Below are positions 37,761-47,691 of a DNA stretch of 64,000 nucleotides, one piece after another; position 1 is the stretch's first letter; each line of letters begins with the position of its first letter. The DNA comes from an uncultured Spirochaetota bacterium. Its GTDB lineage: Bacteria > Spirochaetota > Brevinematia > Brevinematales > JAOACQ01. Position numbers and translations under genes: made by a program. Below the pieces are notes generated by a model that saw nothing but the letters and a program-made list of their open reading frames with translations, ran no database searches and was not told the DNA's origin. Location of the stretch: positions 320,001-384,000 of the forward strand of contig CAWIGG010000004.1 of NCBI GenBank assembly GCA_963835575.1. Reading direction: 5' to 3'.

Positions 37761-39503
37761 ATGAAAAGAAGCTTGTTTTTAAAAATCTGGATGGGTTTTC
37801 TGGCTTTAATAATACTGTTCGCTGTTTTTTTCAATCTGTTTATTTACAGGATGATACGGGAATTTTATATTAACGGCCTTTCCGATCATTACCGGAGTAT
37901 CGGCGTTTATATGTCCGAACAGTTGAAGCCTTTACTGCTGAAGGGAAAGATCCCGGAATTAAACGAAAGGATCCGTTCCGACACGAAATTCCTGAATGCC
38001 CGCATTACCGTGATCCGGACAAACGGGGTAGTGCTGGCCGATTCCGAAGCGGAAGCGGCTTCCATGGCCAACCATCTGGACCGGCCCGAAGTTCAGGATG
38101 TGCTTTCCGGCGGCACGGGTTTTTCGCTTAGGTACAGCGCTACCGTCCACAAAAGAATGCTTTACTCGGCCGTGCCCGTGATGGACGCGGGAAAAATGAT
38201 AGGAATAGTAAGGCTCAGCCTCTTTTTCGATAAGGAAGAGGCATTCATCGGCATCATCCGTGGAAGAATATTGTTGATCGGGTTTTTGATTTTAACGGCA
38301 TCCTTCATTCTGGCGGCCCTTTTCTCCGGATGGATCACGCGGCCCATACAGGCGCTGATCCGTCTTTCCGAGGAATTCGCCGGCGGGAATTTCAAGGCGC
38401 GCCTTTACCTTAAACAAAGCGGGGAGTTCAGGGTCCTTTCCGAACGGTTTAACCTGATGACGGAAAAAATCGAGGAATTGTTCGGAACGGTCACCAAGCA
38501 GAACGAGGAGTCACGGGTCCTGATGAACGCCATCCCCGAAGGCATATTATTTCTGGATAAAAAAGGGGTCATCCTGCAATGGAACAAAGGCATGGAACCG
38601 ATGATTTCCATACCGGACCCGCGGAACAGGCATTACTGGGAGATCATCCGGGAATCCTCACTAATGGATTTTGTGGACGCGCTTAAGAAAACAAGCGGGC
38701 CCCTGTCTCAGGAAATCGGCATGGGCGGAAAACAATATCTGGCAAGCGGCGCCGTTCTGGAAAAGCAGGAAAGGATCATTCTTCTTTTTCATGATATTAC
38801 CGGTTTAAAGGACCTGGAAGTCATGAAGAAAGACCTGATCGCCAACGCTTCCCATGAGCTGAGGACCCCTCTAACCGCTATCAAGGGATTTCTGGAAACA
38901 CTTGAAATGGAACCGACCAAGGAAAGCCTGAAGAAATATCTTCCCGTTCTGCAGAGGCACACCGAAAGGCTGATCGCCATTGTGGAAGATCTGTTGAAGC
39001 TGTCAAAGATGGAGAGCCCGGAATTCCGCATCAATATCACCCGGATCAATGTCAAGGACCTGATCGATGTCTCAACGAAAATATTTATAAAAAAAATCGA
39101 GGACAAAAAGCTTTACCTGCGGACCGAATTGTTTGATTCTCCTCTGCAGATCGAGGGGGATGAGCTTCTCCTGCAGGACATGCTGATCAACCTTATCGAT
39201 AACGCCGTAAAATACACCGATGCCGGGGAGATCAGGGTACAGGTCGATCAGTCCGGCGGGGAAATTCTTTTCAAAATTACCGATACGGGTATCGGGATCC
39301 CGAATGAAAGCCTTTCCCGGATTTTCGAACGGTTTTACGTGGCGGATAAGTCCCGCTCGCGCCAGTCCGGCGGCACAGGTCTGGGACTTGCAATCGTCAA
39401 GCATATCGTACTTCTGCACCGGGGTTCAATCACGGTGGACAGCATTCCCGGCAAGGGTACAACTTTTACTGTAAGGATTCCTGTAAAATTAACCGGAAAT
39501 TAA
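37761..39503 (+). CDS. phoR: Phosphate-regulon sensor histidine kinase
   Basis: Sensor motif NHLDRPEV, HAMP and PAS domains, then ANASHELRTPLTAIKG, NLIDNAVKY and FERFYVADKSRSRQSGGTGLGL. Confidence 0.9.
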   Translation: MKRSLFLKIWMGFLALIILFAVFFNLFIYRMIREFYINGLSDHYRSIGVYMSEQLKPLLLKGKIPELNERIRSDTKFLNARITVIRTNGVVLADSEAEAASMANHLDRPEVQDVLSGGTGFSLRYSATVHKRMLYSAVPVMDAGKMIGIVRLSLFFDKEEAFIGIIRGRILLIGFLILTASFILAALFSGWITRPIQALIRLSEEFAGGNFKARLYLKQSGEFRVLSERFNLMTEKIEELFGTVTKQNEESRVLMNAIPEGILFLDKKGVILQWNKGMEPMISIPDPRNRHYWEIIRESSLMDFVDALKKTSGPLSQEIGMGGKQYLASGAVLEKQERIILLFHDITGLKDLEVMKKDLIANASHELRTPLTAIKGFLETLEMEPTKESLKKYLPVLQRHTERLIAIVEDLLKLSKMESPEFRINITRINVKDLIDVSTKIFIKKIEDKKLYLRTELFDSPLQIEGDELLLQDMLINLIDNAVKYTDAGEIRVQVDQSGGEILFKITDTGIGIPNESLSRIFERFYVADKSRSRQSGGTGLGLAIVKHIVLLHRGSITVDSIPGKGTTFTVRIPVKLTGN

Positions 39504-39542
39504 CAATCTTCTGACGGATTATTAATCCGCATCTTCTAAAAT
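39489..39542 (+). promoter_or_regulatory. Pho-box-like promoter 5 (porin-pst operon)
   Basis: Units at 39489, 39500, 39511 and 39522; TAAAAT at 39537 (+15). Confidence 0.7.
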
Positions 39543-39584
39543 ATTCCTGCCTTAAATTTTAAAACCAAATAAGGAGGATATTTT

Positions 39585-40727
39585 ATGAAGAAGATTTTAG
39601 GCGCAATAACGCTGGTAATGATCCTTTCAACGGCGGCATTCGCGGAACTCAAAGTGGAATCCCTTACCTGGCTGGATATTGAGGAAACCATCGACACCAA
39701 CCCAAGCCCGAAAGTTGACGGAGGCGGCCAGTTCTACATCGGAAGGGAATATCTCACACTGTCCGGCGACATCGGCAAGGACTGGTTCGGAGACTCCATC
39801 AAAGGAAGAGTAACGTTTGATGCTACAAAAGCCGCTACGCCGATCAAGTACGCTTATTTTGACTGGACCATTCTGAAGACTTCCTACAGCTTCGTTCATG
39901 GCGAAGATACGAACACCGTCAGCCTGGCCAGTCTTGTATTATCAGGCGGTCTTCTCAAGAGCTATTTCGGCAACCTGGCATTCTGGGAATACCCCATTCC
40001 GGTAAAGGACGCAACAGAAAATTATTCCTCTACCAGTCAATATCTTAAACCCGCCGTTTCGGCCGATTTCGGCCTGATGCTTTCCGGAAAATTGCTCCCG
40101 GTCGAAGGCCTGACATCATCCCTTTTCTCTTATTACATCCAGGTCCTTAACGGCGAAAAGGGATACGAATCCGTTTATTCAGGATCTTTCCTGGGGACCA
40201 ACGCCGATTCATTCGTCGGCCAGTATTCGGCATTTATTTCACCTCTGGACGGTATTCTGATCGGCGGTACTTACCGTTACCAGGATTATAACCTTGTCAC
40301 AGGCAATAACGAGACATCCTATGCCCTGGTGGCGACGGCAAAAGACGTTATGGGAATACCTGTCGATTTCGTCGCGCAGTACATTATGATGAACTCGACT
40401 AATTTTTATGGGAAAGCCGTTAACGGCACAACCAATAATTACTTTAACGGCGTTGTATACACGGTTTCCCTGGGCTACGGTTTATTTGACGGCGCTTTTA
40501 CACCTTATGTCAGGTATGATTTCTACGACCAGAACACCGCCTCCAATAAAACCAACGATTCAGGCTCTCTTCTCTACATCGGCGCAAATATCAAGCTGGA
40601 CAAAAACAATATGGCCATCAAACCTATGTATACCATGTACCTGACTGAAAAAGACCAGCCGACAGGCGGCAAATTCAATATCAAGCTTGAATTCGAGTAC
40701 AAGCTGAACTTCAGCATCTGGCAGTAA
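39585..40727 (+). CDS. Putative phosphate-starvation outer-membrane beta-barrel (porin-like)
   Basis: Signal peptide ending AAFA; alternating aromatic beta strands (REYLTL, KYAYFDW, PYVRYDFYD); first gene before pstS. Confidence 0.6.
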   Translation: MKKILGAITLVMILSTAAFAELKVESLTWLDIEETIDTNPSPKVDGGGQFYIGREYLTLSGDIGKDWFGDSIKGRVTFDATKAATPIKYAYFDWTILKTSYSFVHGEDTNTVSLASLVLSGGLLKSYFGNLAFWEYPIPVKDATENYSSTSQYLKPAVSADFGLMLSGKLLPVEGLTSSLFSYYIQVLNGEKGYESVYSGSFLGTNADSFVGQYSAFISPLDGILIGGTYRYQDYNLVTGNNETSYALVATAKDVMGIPVDFVAQYIMMNSTNFYGKAVNGTTNNYFNGVVYTVSLGYGLFDGAFTPYVRYDFYDQNTASNKTNDSGSLLYIGANIKLDKNNMAIKPMYTMYLTEKDQPTGGKFNIKLEFEYKLNFSIWQ

Positions 40728-40762
40728 CTTTTTGTCTAAATAACGAATAATAGTTATAATAA

Positions 40763-40797
40763 TAGGGTAGACTGGAAACAGTTTCCGGTCTGCCCTT
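40763..40797 (+). other. Intergenic hairpin between porin and pstS
   Basis: GGGTAGACTGGAA/TTCCGGTCTGCCC stem without a U-run. Confidence 0.45.
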
Positions 40798-40822
40798 AAT
40801 TCTAAAAAAAGGAGGAAATAAG

Positions 40823-41866
40823 ATGAAGAAAGTATTATTGACGATTTTAACCATATCCGTTTTCTGCATGGCGGGATTATACGGGGCTGATAAGATTGAC
40901 AGTCTCCTGGGGGCCGGGGCGACATTCCCATATCCCCTTTATTCCAAAATGTTTGACGTTTATAATCAGTCCATGAAAATCATGGTTAATTATCAGGCCA
41001 TCGGCTCAGGCGGCGGCATCCAGCAGCTGATCAGCAAAACCGTCGATTTCGGCGGCACGGACGCGCCTTTGAGCGACAATGAAAAAAAGGCCGCGAAAGG
41101 CGATGTGATACATATCCCGACCTGCCTTGGAGCTGTTGTGCTGACATACAACCTGCCCGGCGCCCCGGTCCTGAATTTCACTCCGGAAGTCATCGCGGGA
41201 ATATTCCTGGGCGCCATCACAAAATGGAACGACCCGAAGATCGCTGAGATCAACAAGGATGCCAAACTGCCCGACCTGGCTATCACCGTTGTCCACCGTT
41301 CAGACGGAAGCGGCACGACTTATACATTCAGCGACTATCTCACAACTGTCAGCCCCGAATGGAAAACCAAGGTGGGAACAGGAAAATCCCTTAACTGGCC
41401 CGCCGGTATCGGCGGAAAGGGAAATCCCGGCGTGACCGCCTATATCAAACAGCTTCCCGGCGCCATCGGCTATGTGGAAGAGGCATATGCCAGTCAAAAT
41501 AAAATGCCTATGGGCAAAATCAGGAACAAAAGCGGGAATTTTATCGAAGCCAATTTAAAATCCGTTATGAATGCGGCAAACATTGAAATACCTGCTCACA
41601 CTCAGGTTTCCATAGTAGACACGCCGGCCAAGGACGGCTATCCCATCTGTACTTTCACCTGGATCATTCTTTACAAGGAACAGTCTTACGGCGGCAGGCC
41701 TCTTAACAGGGCTAAAGAAGTCGTCAAGCTCATCCGGTGGATGGTCCATGACGGCCAGCAGTACAATGAAACGCTGGAATACGGAAAGCTTCCGGAAAAA
41801 GTGGTAAAACTCGCGGACGATTTATTGGATTCGGTGGTTTATGCAGGCAAAAAAGTTGCTAAATAA
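40823..41866 (+). CDS. pstS: Phosphate ABC transporter substrate-binding protein
   Basis: Motifs GAGATFPYP, NYQAIGSGGG, VDFGGTD, RSDGSGTT and GKGNPG. Confidence 0.95.
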   Translation: MKKVLLTILTISVFCMAGLYGADKIDSLLGAGATFPYPLYSKMFDVYNQSMKIMVNYQAIGSGGGIQQLISKTVDFGGTDAPLSDNEKKAAKGDVIHIPTCLGAVVLTYNLPGAPVLNFTPEVIAGIFLGAITKWNDPKIAEINKDAKLPDLAITVVHRSDGSGTTYTFSDYLTTVSPEWKTKVGTGKSLNWPAGIGGKGNPGVTAYIKQLPGAIGYVEEAYASQNKMPMGKIRNKSGNFIEANLKSVMNAANIEIPAHTQVSIVDTPAKDGYPICTFTWIILYKEQSYGGRPLNRAKEVVKLIRWMVHDGQQYNETLEYGKLPEKVVKLADDLLDSVVYAGKKVAK

Positions 41867-42785
41867 TACAGCGCTCAAGAAAAGCGGGGGCAAGACCATT
41901 GCCCCCCCGTCTTATTTATTTTTTAATCAATCGTTCAAAACGGTACTGCTTTTCTGCACGGCAGCCGTCTGCGCGCTCCTCCTGGCCATGTTTATCAGCC
42001 TGATGATTTCGGCCTGGCCGTCCATACAAAAATTCGGCATGAGTTTTTTTGTAACAACAACCTGGGACCCGCTTTCCGGACAATTCGGCGCCCTTCCCTT
42101 CGCGCTGGGAACTTTATTGACATCCATCATAGCCTTAATAATATGCGTTCCCTTCGCATTAGCCGTAGCTTTGATACTGGGCGAATATTTCCCCGACGGG
42201 AAAATAGCGGCGGCGCTCAATTCGGCAATGGAACTTCTGGCCGGCATTCCATCCATCATTTTCGGGATGTGGGGGCTTTTCGCCCTTGTTCCTATAATCA
42301 GAATACTTGAAAGCAGGATCGGGGTCATTCCGCTCGGGGTCGGTATCTTCGCGGCCGCGCTTCTCCTGTCGATCATGATAATCCCCTACGCGGCGTCCAT
42401 ATCGCGCGAGGTGATCGGTATGGTGCCGGAAGACTTAAAGGAAGCCGCCTATTCTCTCGGGGCGACGCGCTTTGAAGTGATAAAAAAAGTGGTCCTTCCG
42501 CATGCCGGTTCCGGCATCATCGCCGGAATCCTCCTCTCTTTCGGCAGGGCGCTTGGAGAGACAATGGCCGTCACAATGGTCATCGGCAATTCCTATTTTA
42601 TGCCGTCGAATATATTCGGACCAGGCCATACGATCTCAAGCATCATCGCGAACGAATTTACTGAGGCGACCGACCCGGTTTACGTTTCCGCCCTCATCGA
42701 AATGGGCCTGGTGCTTTTTATCATAACAATTATATTCGGCATACTGGGAAGATATATAATCACAAAAATGAGTATCAAGGATTAA
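41841..42785 (+). CDS. pstC: Phosphate ABC transporter permease (start codon uncertain)
   Basis: Motifs ELLAGIPSIIFGMWG, EAAYSLGATRFE, GRALGETMAVTMVIGN and IANEF. Confidence 0.93.
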   Translation: MQAKKLLNNTALKKSGGKTIAPPSYLFFNQSFKTVLLFCTAAVCALLLAMFISLMISAWPSIQKFGMSFFVTTTWDPLSGQFGALPFALGTLLTSIIALIICVPFALAVALILGEYFPDGKIAAALNSAMELLAGIPSIIFGMWGLFALVPIIRILESRIGVIPLGVGIFAAALLLSIMIIPYAASISREVIGMVPEDLKEAAYSLGATRFEVIKKVVLPHAGSGIIAGILLSFGRALGETMAVTMVIGNSYFMPSNIFGPGHTISSIIANEFTEATDPVYVSALIEMGLVLFIITIIFGILGRYIITKMSIKD

Positions 42786-42788
42786 ACC

Positions 42789-43652
42789 ATGGACAAAAAA
42801 GATAAAAAGGTAAAATCCGTCAGGATGAATAATTTCAAGGACAGGCTGTTTTTTTCCATAATTATTATTCTGTCAATTTTAACAATTGTCCCGCTGGTCT
42901 GGATCCTCGGCTATATAACAATCAACGGAATTTCTTTTATCAATTATGAGTTATTTACACAGCTGCCGAAACCGCCCGGGGAAAGCGGAGGCGGTATTAT
43001 TAACGCGATCATCGGTACTTTTATTATCGTTATTATCGCTTCGGCAGTCGCCATACCGATCGGGGTTTTCTCGGGGATCTATCTCGCGGAAAATAAGCAG
43101 GGGAAAATCGCTCAATTCGCCAGGATTGCCGTCGATGTCCTGCAGGGCGTGCCGTCGATAGTCATCGGGATCATCGCTTATGTCTGGATCGTGCTTCCCT
43201 CAAGAAGCTTTTCCGCCGTTTCGGGAAGCGCCGCCCTGGCCATTATGATGCTTCCCGTCATCATCAAAAACACGGAAGAAACATTAAAGCTGATCCCCTA
43301 TTCCATCAAGGAAGCGGCTTATTCCCTGGGCGTCCCGTATTACAGGGTAGTTTTAAGAATTGTTCTGCCGGCAGGCCTCAGCGGCATATTGACCGGGATA
43401 CTGGTCGGCGTCGCGAGGGTAACAGGCGAAACGGCGCCGCTCCTCTTTACGGCTTTCGGAAACCCTTTTAATGAGTTCAATCCGCTCAAACCGATGGAAA
43501 CAATCCCCCATATTATATTTAAATACGCGACAAGCCCCTATACAGATTGGCAGAACATTGCCTGGGGCGCGTCTTTTATCCTGGTGGCTTTTGTTTTATT
43601 CATGAATCTTATTGCGAAGGCGGTGGCAAACAAATGGAAGGTAAAATTTTGA
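42789..43652 (+). CDS. pstA: Phosphate ABC transporter permease
   Basis: Motifs [25 protein letters not shown] and [13 protein letters not shown]. Confidence 0.93.
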   Translation: MDKKDKKVKSVRMNNFKDRLFFSIIIILSILTIVPLVWILGYITINGISFINYELFTQLPKPPGESGGGIINAIIGTFIIVIIASAVAIPIGVFSGIYLAENKQGKIAQFARIAVDVLQGVPSIVIGIIAYVWIVLPSRSFSAVSGSAALAIMMLPVIIKNTEETLKLIPYSIKEAAYSLGVPYYRVVLRIVLPAGLSGILTGILVGVARVTGETAPLLFTAFGNPFNEFNPLKPMETIPHIIFKYATSPYTDWQNIAWGASFILVAFVLFMNLIAKAVANKWKVKF

Positions 43653-44404
43653 ACACACTATTAGAGGTCGAAAATCTCAATGTGTTTTACGGCGACCAGC
43701 AGGCGCTGAAAGACGTCGCGTTGAATTTCTATGACCATACGGTGCATGCCGTCATGGGACCCTCCGGATGCGGCAAATCGACGCTGATCCGCTGTTTTAA
43801 CCGGATGCATGAACTCACGCCGGGCGCGCGCGTGGAAGGAAAAATCCTTCTAAATGGAGAAGACCTGCTTCTGCTTGATCCGATCCTTGTCAGGCGCAGG
43901 ATCGGGATGGTTTTCCAGCGGCCGAACCCTTTTCCCACAATGACGATCTACGATAACGTCATAGCCGGTTATAAACTGAACGCCATTCACCTGAAAAAGC
44001 AGGAATCCGATAAGATAGTCGAGGAATCGCTCGCAAAAGCGGCGCTCTGGAAAGAAGTGAAAGACAAGCTTTTCAAACGGGGGACTTTTCTTTCCGGCGG
44101 CCAGCAGCAGCGTCTCTGCATAGCCCGGGCCCTGGCCATGAACCCCGATGTCCTGCTCCTGGACGAGCCGACGTCGGCGCTCGATCCGAAGGCCACTTCC
44201 CATATAGAGGAATTGATGGTCGAGCTCAAAAATACCGTGGCCATCATCCTGGTCACGCATAATATCGCGCAGGCCGGCCGCGTTTCGGAATACACCGCCT
44301 TTATGTACCTCGGCGAGCTGATAGAATACGGAACGACCGAAAAGCTCTTTACCGTTCCTCAGGACCACAGAACAGAAGAATACCTGAGCGGAAAATTTGG
44401 ATAG
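43634..44404 (+). CDS. pstB: Phosphate ABC transporter ATPase
   Basis: Motifs [43 protein letters not shown] and [10 protein letters not shown]. Confidence 0.95.
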   Translation: MEGKILNTLLEVENLNVFYGDQQALKDVALNFYDHTVHAVMGPSGCGKSTLIRCFNRMHELTPGARVEGKILLNGEDLLLLDPILVRRRIGMVFQRPNPFPTMTIYDNVIAGYKLNAIHLKKQESDKIVEESLAKAALWKEVKDKLFKRGTFLSGGQQQRLCIARALAMNPDVLLLDEPTSALDPKATSHIEELMVELKNTVAIILVTHNIAQAGRVSEYTAFMYLGELIEYGTTEKLFTVPQDHRTEEYLSGKFG

Positions 44405-44414
44405 GAGAAAAAGT

Positions 44415-45110
44415 ATGCTGGAACAGCAAATTAACGTTTTAAAAGAAAAAATCACAAAGGTGTCCGCCATCGTCCGTGAAATGATCGACCATTCCGTTAA
44501 AGCCCTCATAGACAGGAATGCTTCAATGGCAAAAAGGGTCATTACCGAACTGGAGCCGCTGGTCAACCGGTCTGAGATCGAAATAGACGAGGACTGCATT
44601 AGCCTGATCGCCCGCTACCAGCCGGAAGCCAAGCTTCTCCGCTTTGTCATGATGATATCGAAAATGGTGTCGGACCTGGAAAGGATGGGCGATCATGCCG
44701 TCAATATAGCCGAAAGCACCATCTTTCTCATAGACCGCCCGCCTGTCAAGCCTCTTCTCGACCTTCCCCAGATGTGTATCGAGACCATAAAAATGATGGA
44801 TGACAGTATTTCTTCCTTTCTGAATGAAGACGCAAAACTCGCATATGAAGTTTTGCCCCGCGACGATATCGTCGACGATTATCGCGACCAGATCCTCCGC
44901 GAGCTTATCACTTATATGGTTTCAAACGCCGCTCTCATAGAACCGTCAATCCAGCTTATCCGTATCACTGAAAACCTTGAAAAAATTGCGGATATTACTT
45001 CCAACATCTGCGAGGAAGTGATTTATATAAAGGAAGGAAAAATTGTCATGCATTCCAAACAGGAAAATAAATGGGTCAATAAGGTTGAGGCATGGCATAA
45101 GGAAGGTTAA
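44415..45110 (+). CDS. phoU: Phosphate signalling complex protein
   Basis: Motifs [24 protein letters not shown] and [13 protein letters not shown]. Confidence 0.93.
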   Translation: MLEQQINVLKEKITKVSAIVREMIDHSVKALIDRNASMAKRVITELEPLVNRSEIEIDEDCISLIARYQPEAKLLRFVMMISKMVSDLERMGDHAVNIAESTIFLIDRPPVKPLLDLPQMCIETIKMMDDSISSFLNEDAKLAYEVLPRDDIVDDYRDQILRELITYMVSNAALIEPSIQLIRITENLEKIADITSNICEEVIYIKEGKIVMHSKQENKWVNKVEAWHKEG

Positions 45111-45111
45111 C

Positions 45112-45573
45112 ATGGAAAAAATAAAAGTATTATTTGTCTGCATCCATAATTCGGCGCGGAGCCAGATGGCCGAAGCTTTTATGAATAAATTGGGCGATGA
45201 TCGATTCACGGCCGAAAGCGCGGGCCTGGAACCCGGAAAGCTCAATCCGCTTGCCGTGGAAGTCATGAAGGAAACAGGGATCGATATTTCCGGAAATAAA
45301 ACCAAAAGCGTTTTTAATTTTCTGAAGCAGGGGGAAACCTATGATTATGTCGTCACAGTCTGCGACGAAGCCTCAGGAGAACGGTGCCCCTTTTTCCCCG
45401 GAAAAACTGTCCGTCTTCACTGGTCTATTGATGATCCCGCCGCGTTCGAGGGAACAGATAAAGAAAAACTGGAAAAAACAAGGGTCGTCAGAGACTTGAT
45501 AAAGGAAAAAATCAAGGATTTTATAGCAAACTATCAGGATGGGACAAAATTGAAGCCTTCTATATCTCTGTAA
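45112..45573 (+). CDS. arsC: Arsenate reductase (LMW-PTP fold)
   Basis: Motifs [21 protein letters not shown]...CPFFPG and DDPA. Confidence 0.85.
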   Translation: MEKIKVLFVCIHNSARSQMAEAFMNKLGDDRFTAESAGLEPGKLNPLAVEVMKETGIDISGNKTKSVFNFLKQGETYDYVVTVCDEASGERCPFFPGKTVRLHWSIDDPAAFEGTDKEKLEKTRVVRDLIKEKIKDFIANYQDGTKLKPSISL

Positions 45574-45580
45574 TAGGGCC

Positions 45581-45723
45581 GTCATTGCGAGCGCCCGGTT
45601 TTCTCCATTGCCTGTTAGTTTGATGCGAAGCAATCTGTCAATTCATTAAGCTATCTTTTTTGCAGACAGATTGCTTCGCGCTGCTGTCAGTACCGAAATA
45701 CAATGCAGGATGCTCGCAATGAC
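45581..45723. repeat. GTCATTGCGAG...CTCGCAATGAC palindromic (REP/RPE-like) element
   Basis: Outer IR GTCATTGCGAGC/GCTCGCAATGAC and inner IR GCGAAGCAATCTGTC/GACAGATTGCTTCGC. Confidence 0.8.
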
Positions 45724-46004
45724 TGCCTTTGTCCTGAATTCTCTTCACTTTCAGCATGCCTTAATAGAGAGTAAATTATCAGTGTAATTCTGTGAAACTT
45801 GTGGTGAGCCCGCCGAATCCATTCCGCGGCTAAATTGGAATTAAATAAAATCAGAATTCCTCCTGATTCCAAGGATTTCCATGAAATTACCATAAAAAAG
45901 TACCGGTTTTATTTCAGGCATAAAATCCCCGATATAGAAAAGAGTGATTTATCCGGAATATTCCCTGATAATTACCGGAATACTTGATAAAAAAGGTACT
46001 CTGA

Positions 46005-47495
46005 ATGGATACAATACTCATTATCCTTTCAATCCTGCTTTTTTTCAGCATTATGGGGAGCCTTGCTTCAGACAAGCTTGGAGTGCCTTCGCTTGTTCTA
46101 TTTCTCATAATCGGAGTTCTCGCCGGGCCTGAGGGATTTATAAAAATAAAACTGACCAGCCCTGAAATAGCCCAGCAGATCGGCGTTATCGCCCTGTCGT
46201 TTATCATTTTTTCAGGCGGCTTCGGCACACAGTTCCGCATCATAAAGCCGATACTGCTTCCCGGGATCCTATTATCATCGGCGGGAGTGATTATTTCATG
46301 CCTTGTCATGGGACTTTTTCTCCATTACATTCTGGGCTTTTCATTACTGACCGGTTTTCTCATCGGCGCGATTGTCTCATCCACAGACGCGGCATCCGTT
46401 TTTTCAGTCTTGAATTCCAAGAATGTACTGTTGAAAGGCGGCCTGAAGCCCATTCTCGAATTCGAGTCGGCCAGTAACGACCCGATGTCGGTTTCGTTAA
46501 CACTCGCTTTTATTATGCTTATAAACAAGCCGGGGACTGATATGCCGGGAATGATTATTTTCATGCTCAAGCAGTTTCTTATCGGCGGGGCGGCCGGCAT
46601 TCTCATTTCAATGATATCTGTTTATCTTCTGAAAAGGTTCATTAAACTGGATTATGAAGGCGTCTATTCCGTACTGACAATCGGACTGGTTTTATTCACC
46701 TACGGAATTGTGAACACTCTGGGCGGCAGCCCTTTCCTTGCCGTCTATATACTCGGCCTTTACCTGGGCAACAGCGATATCCTTTATAAAAGAAACCTGC
46801 TCCGCTATCATGATAATATTTCATGGCTTTCTCAGATTGTCATGTTTCTCTGCCTCGGCCTTCTCATCTATCCTTCGCAGATCATCCCCGCATCCTTTAA
46901 AGGCGTTCTGGCCACCGTTTTCCTGATTCTTATCGCCAGGCCGGCGAGCGTGTTTATCAGCCTTGCTTTTACCAGGAAATTTAAATTCCGAGAAAAGCTT
47001 CTTCTCTCATGGGTCGGCCTGAGAGGGGCCGCTCCTATTATATTATCGACATTCCCTCTTCTGGCCGGAATTCCCGAGGCAAACAGCCTTTTTTATATAG
47101 TCTTTTTTATTGTTATAACTTCTGTGCTCCTGCAGGGCACTTCCATACCTTTTCTGGCTAAAATACTAAAGCTTTATGACAGGGGAAAGTCAAACATTAA
47201 ATATCCCATTGAATTTGATAAAAGCGATAAGATAGAGGGCGAGTTGAATGAGATAGAAATCCCGGAAAATTCCATTGTCGTCAATACGGCCGTCAGGGAC
47301 CTCGGTCTGCCGGAAAATGTCATGGTCATCCTTATTTACCGTAACGGGCGTTTTTTCCCCGTCAACGGTAAAACAATTCTCTATCCAAAAGACAGGCTGC
47401 TCGTCCTTGCCACAATATCGGAATTCATAAAATTTACCATGCAGGTCCTTCTTGAAAAAGAGAACCCGGAAGAAGCTAAAAACAGCGAAGCATAA
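46005..47495 (+). CDS. cvrA: K+/H+ antiporter (NhaP2/CvrA type) with a TrkA-C domain
   Basis: Motifs SSTDAASVFSVL, LEFESASNDPM and SWVGLRGAAPIIL; C-terminal RCK_C domain. Confidence 0.85.
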   Translation: MDTILIILSILLFFSIMGSLASDKLGVPSLVLFLIIGVLAGPEGFIKIKLTSPEIAQQIGVIALSFIIFSGGFGTQFRIIKPILLPGILLSSAGVIISCLVMGLFLHYILGFSLLTGFLIGAIVSSTDAASVFSVLNSKNVLLKGGLKPILEFESASNDPMSVSLTLAFIMLINKPGTDMPGMIIFMLKQFLIGGAAGILISMISVYLLKRFIKLDYEGVYSVLTIGLVLFTYGIVNTLGGSPFLAVYILGLYLGNSDILYKRNLLRYHDNISWLSQIVMFLCLGLLIYPSQIIPASFKGVLATVFLILIARPASVFISLAFTRKFKFREKLLLSWVGLRGAAPIILSTFPLLAGIPEANSLFYIVFFIVITSVLLQGTSIPFLAKILKLYDRGKSNIKYPIEFDKSDKIEGELNEIEIPENSIVVNTAVRDLGLPENVMVILIYRNGRFFPVNGKTILYPKDRLLVLATISEFIKFTMQVLLEKENPEEAKNSEA

Positions 47496-47691
47496 CCATG
47501 TATAATTAAAAAAATCCTTTTTTAACTACCCTCATCAAAATCCAGCCATTTTTCATTTATTTTTTTAAGTCAAGTCCACTTAAAATTCTTTACAAATCGG
47601 AATAAATTGGATAAAATACCACTGTTTCATATTAGCGCGGCATGCATAACAGGATTATAAAGCCGGCTTTTTTGAATGGAGAGGAGAGTTT

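Noticed and set aside
45808..45900. c-di-AMP (ydaO) riboswitch upstream of the K+ transporters, suggested by CGCCGAATCC
   Set aside because: The downstream conserved GGGGxGAAU and GUAGG elements are missing; the string belongs to a REP-like unit.
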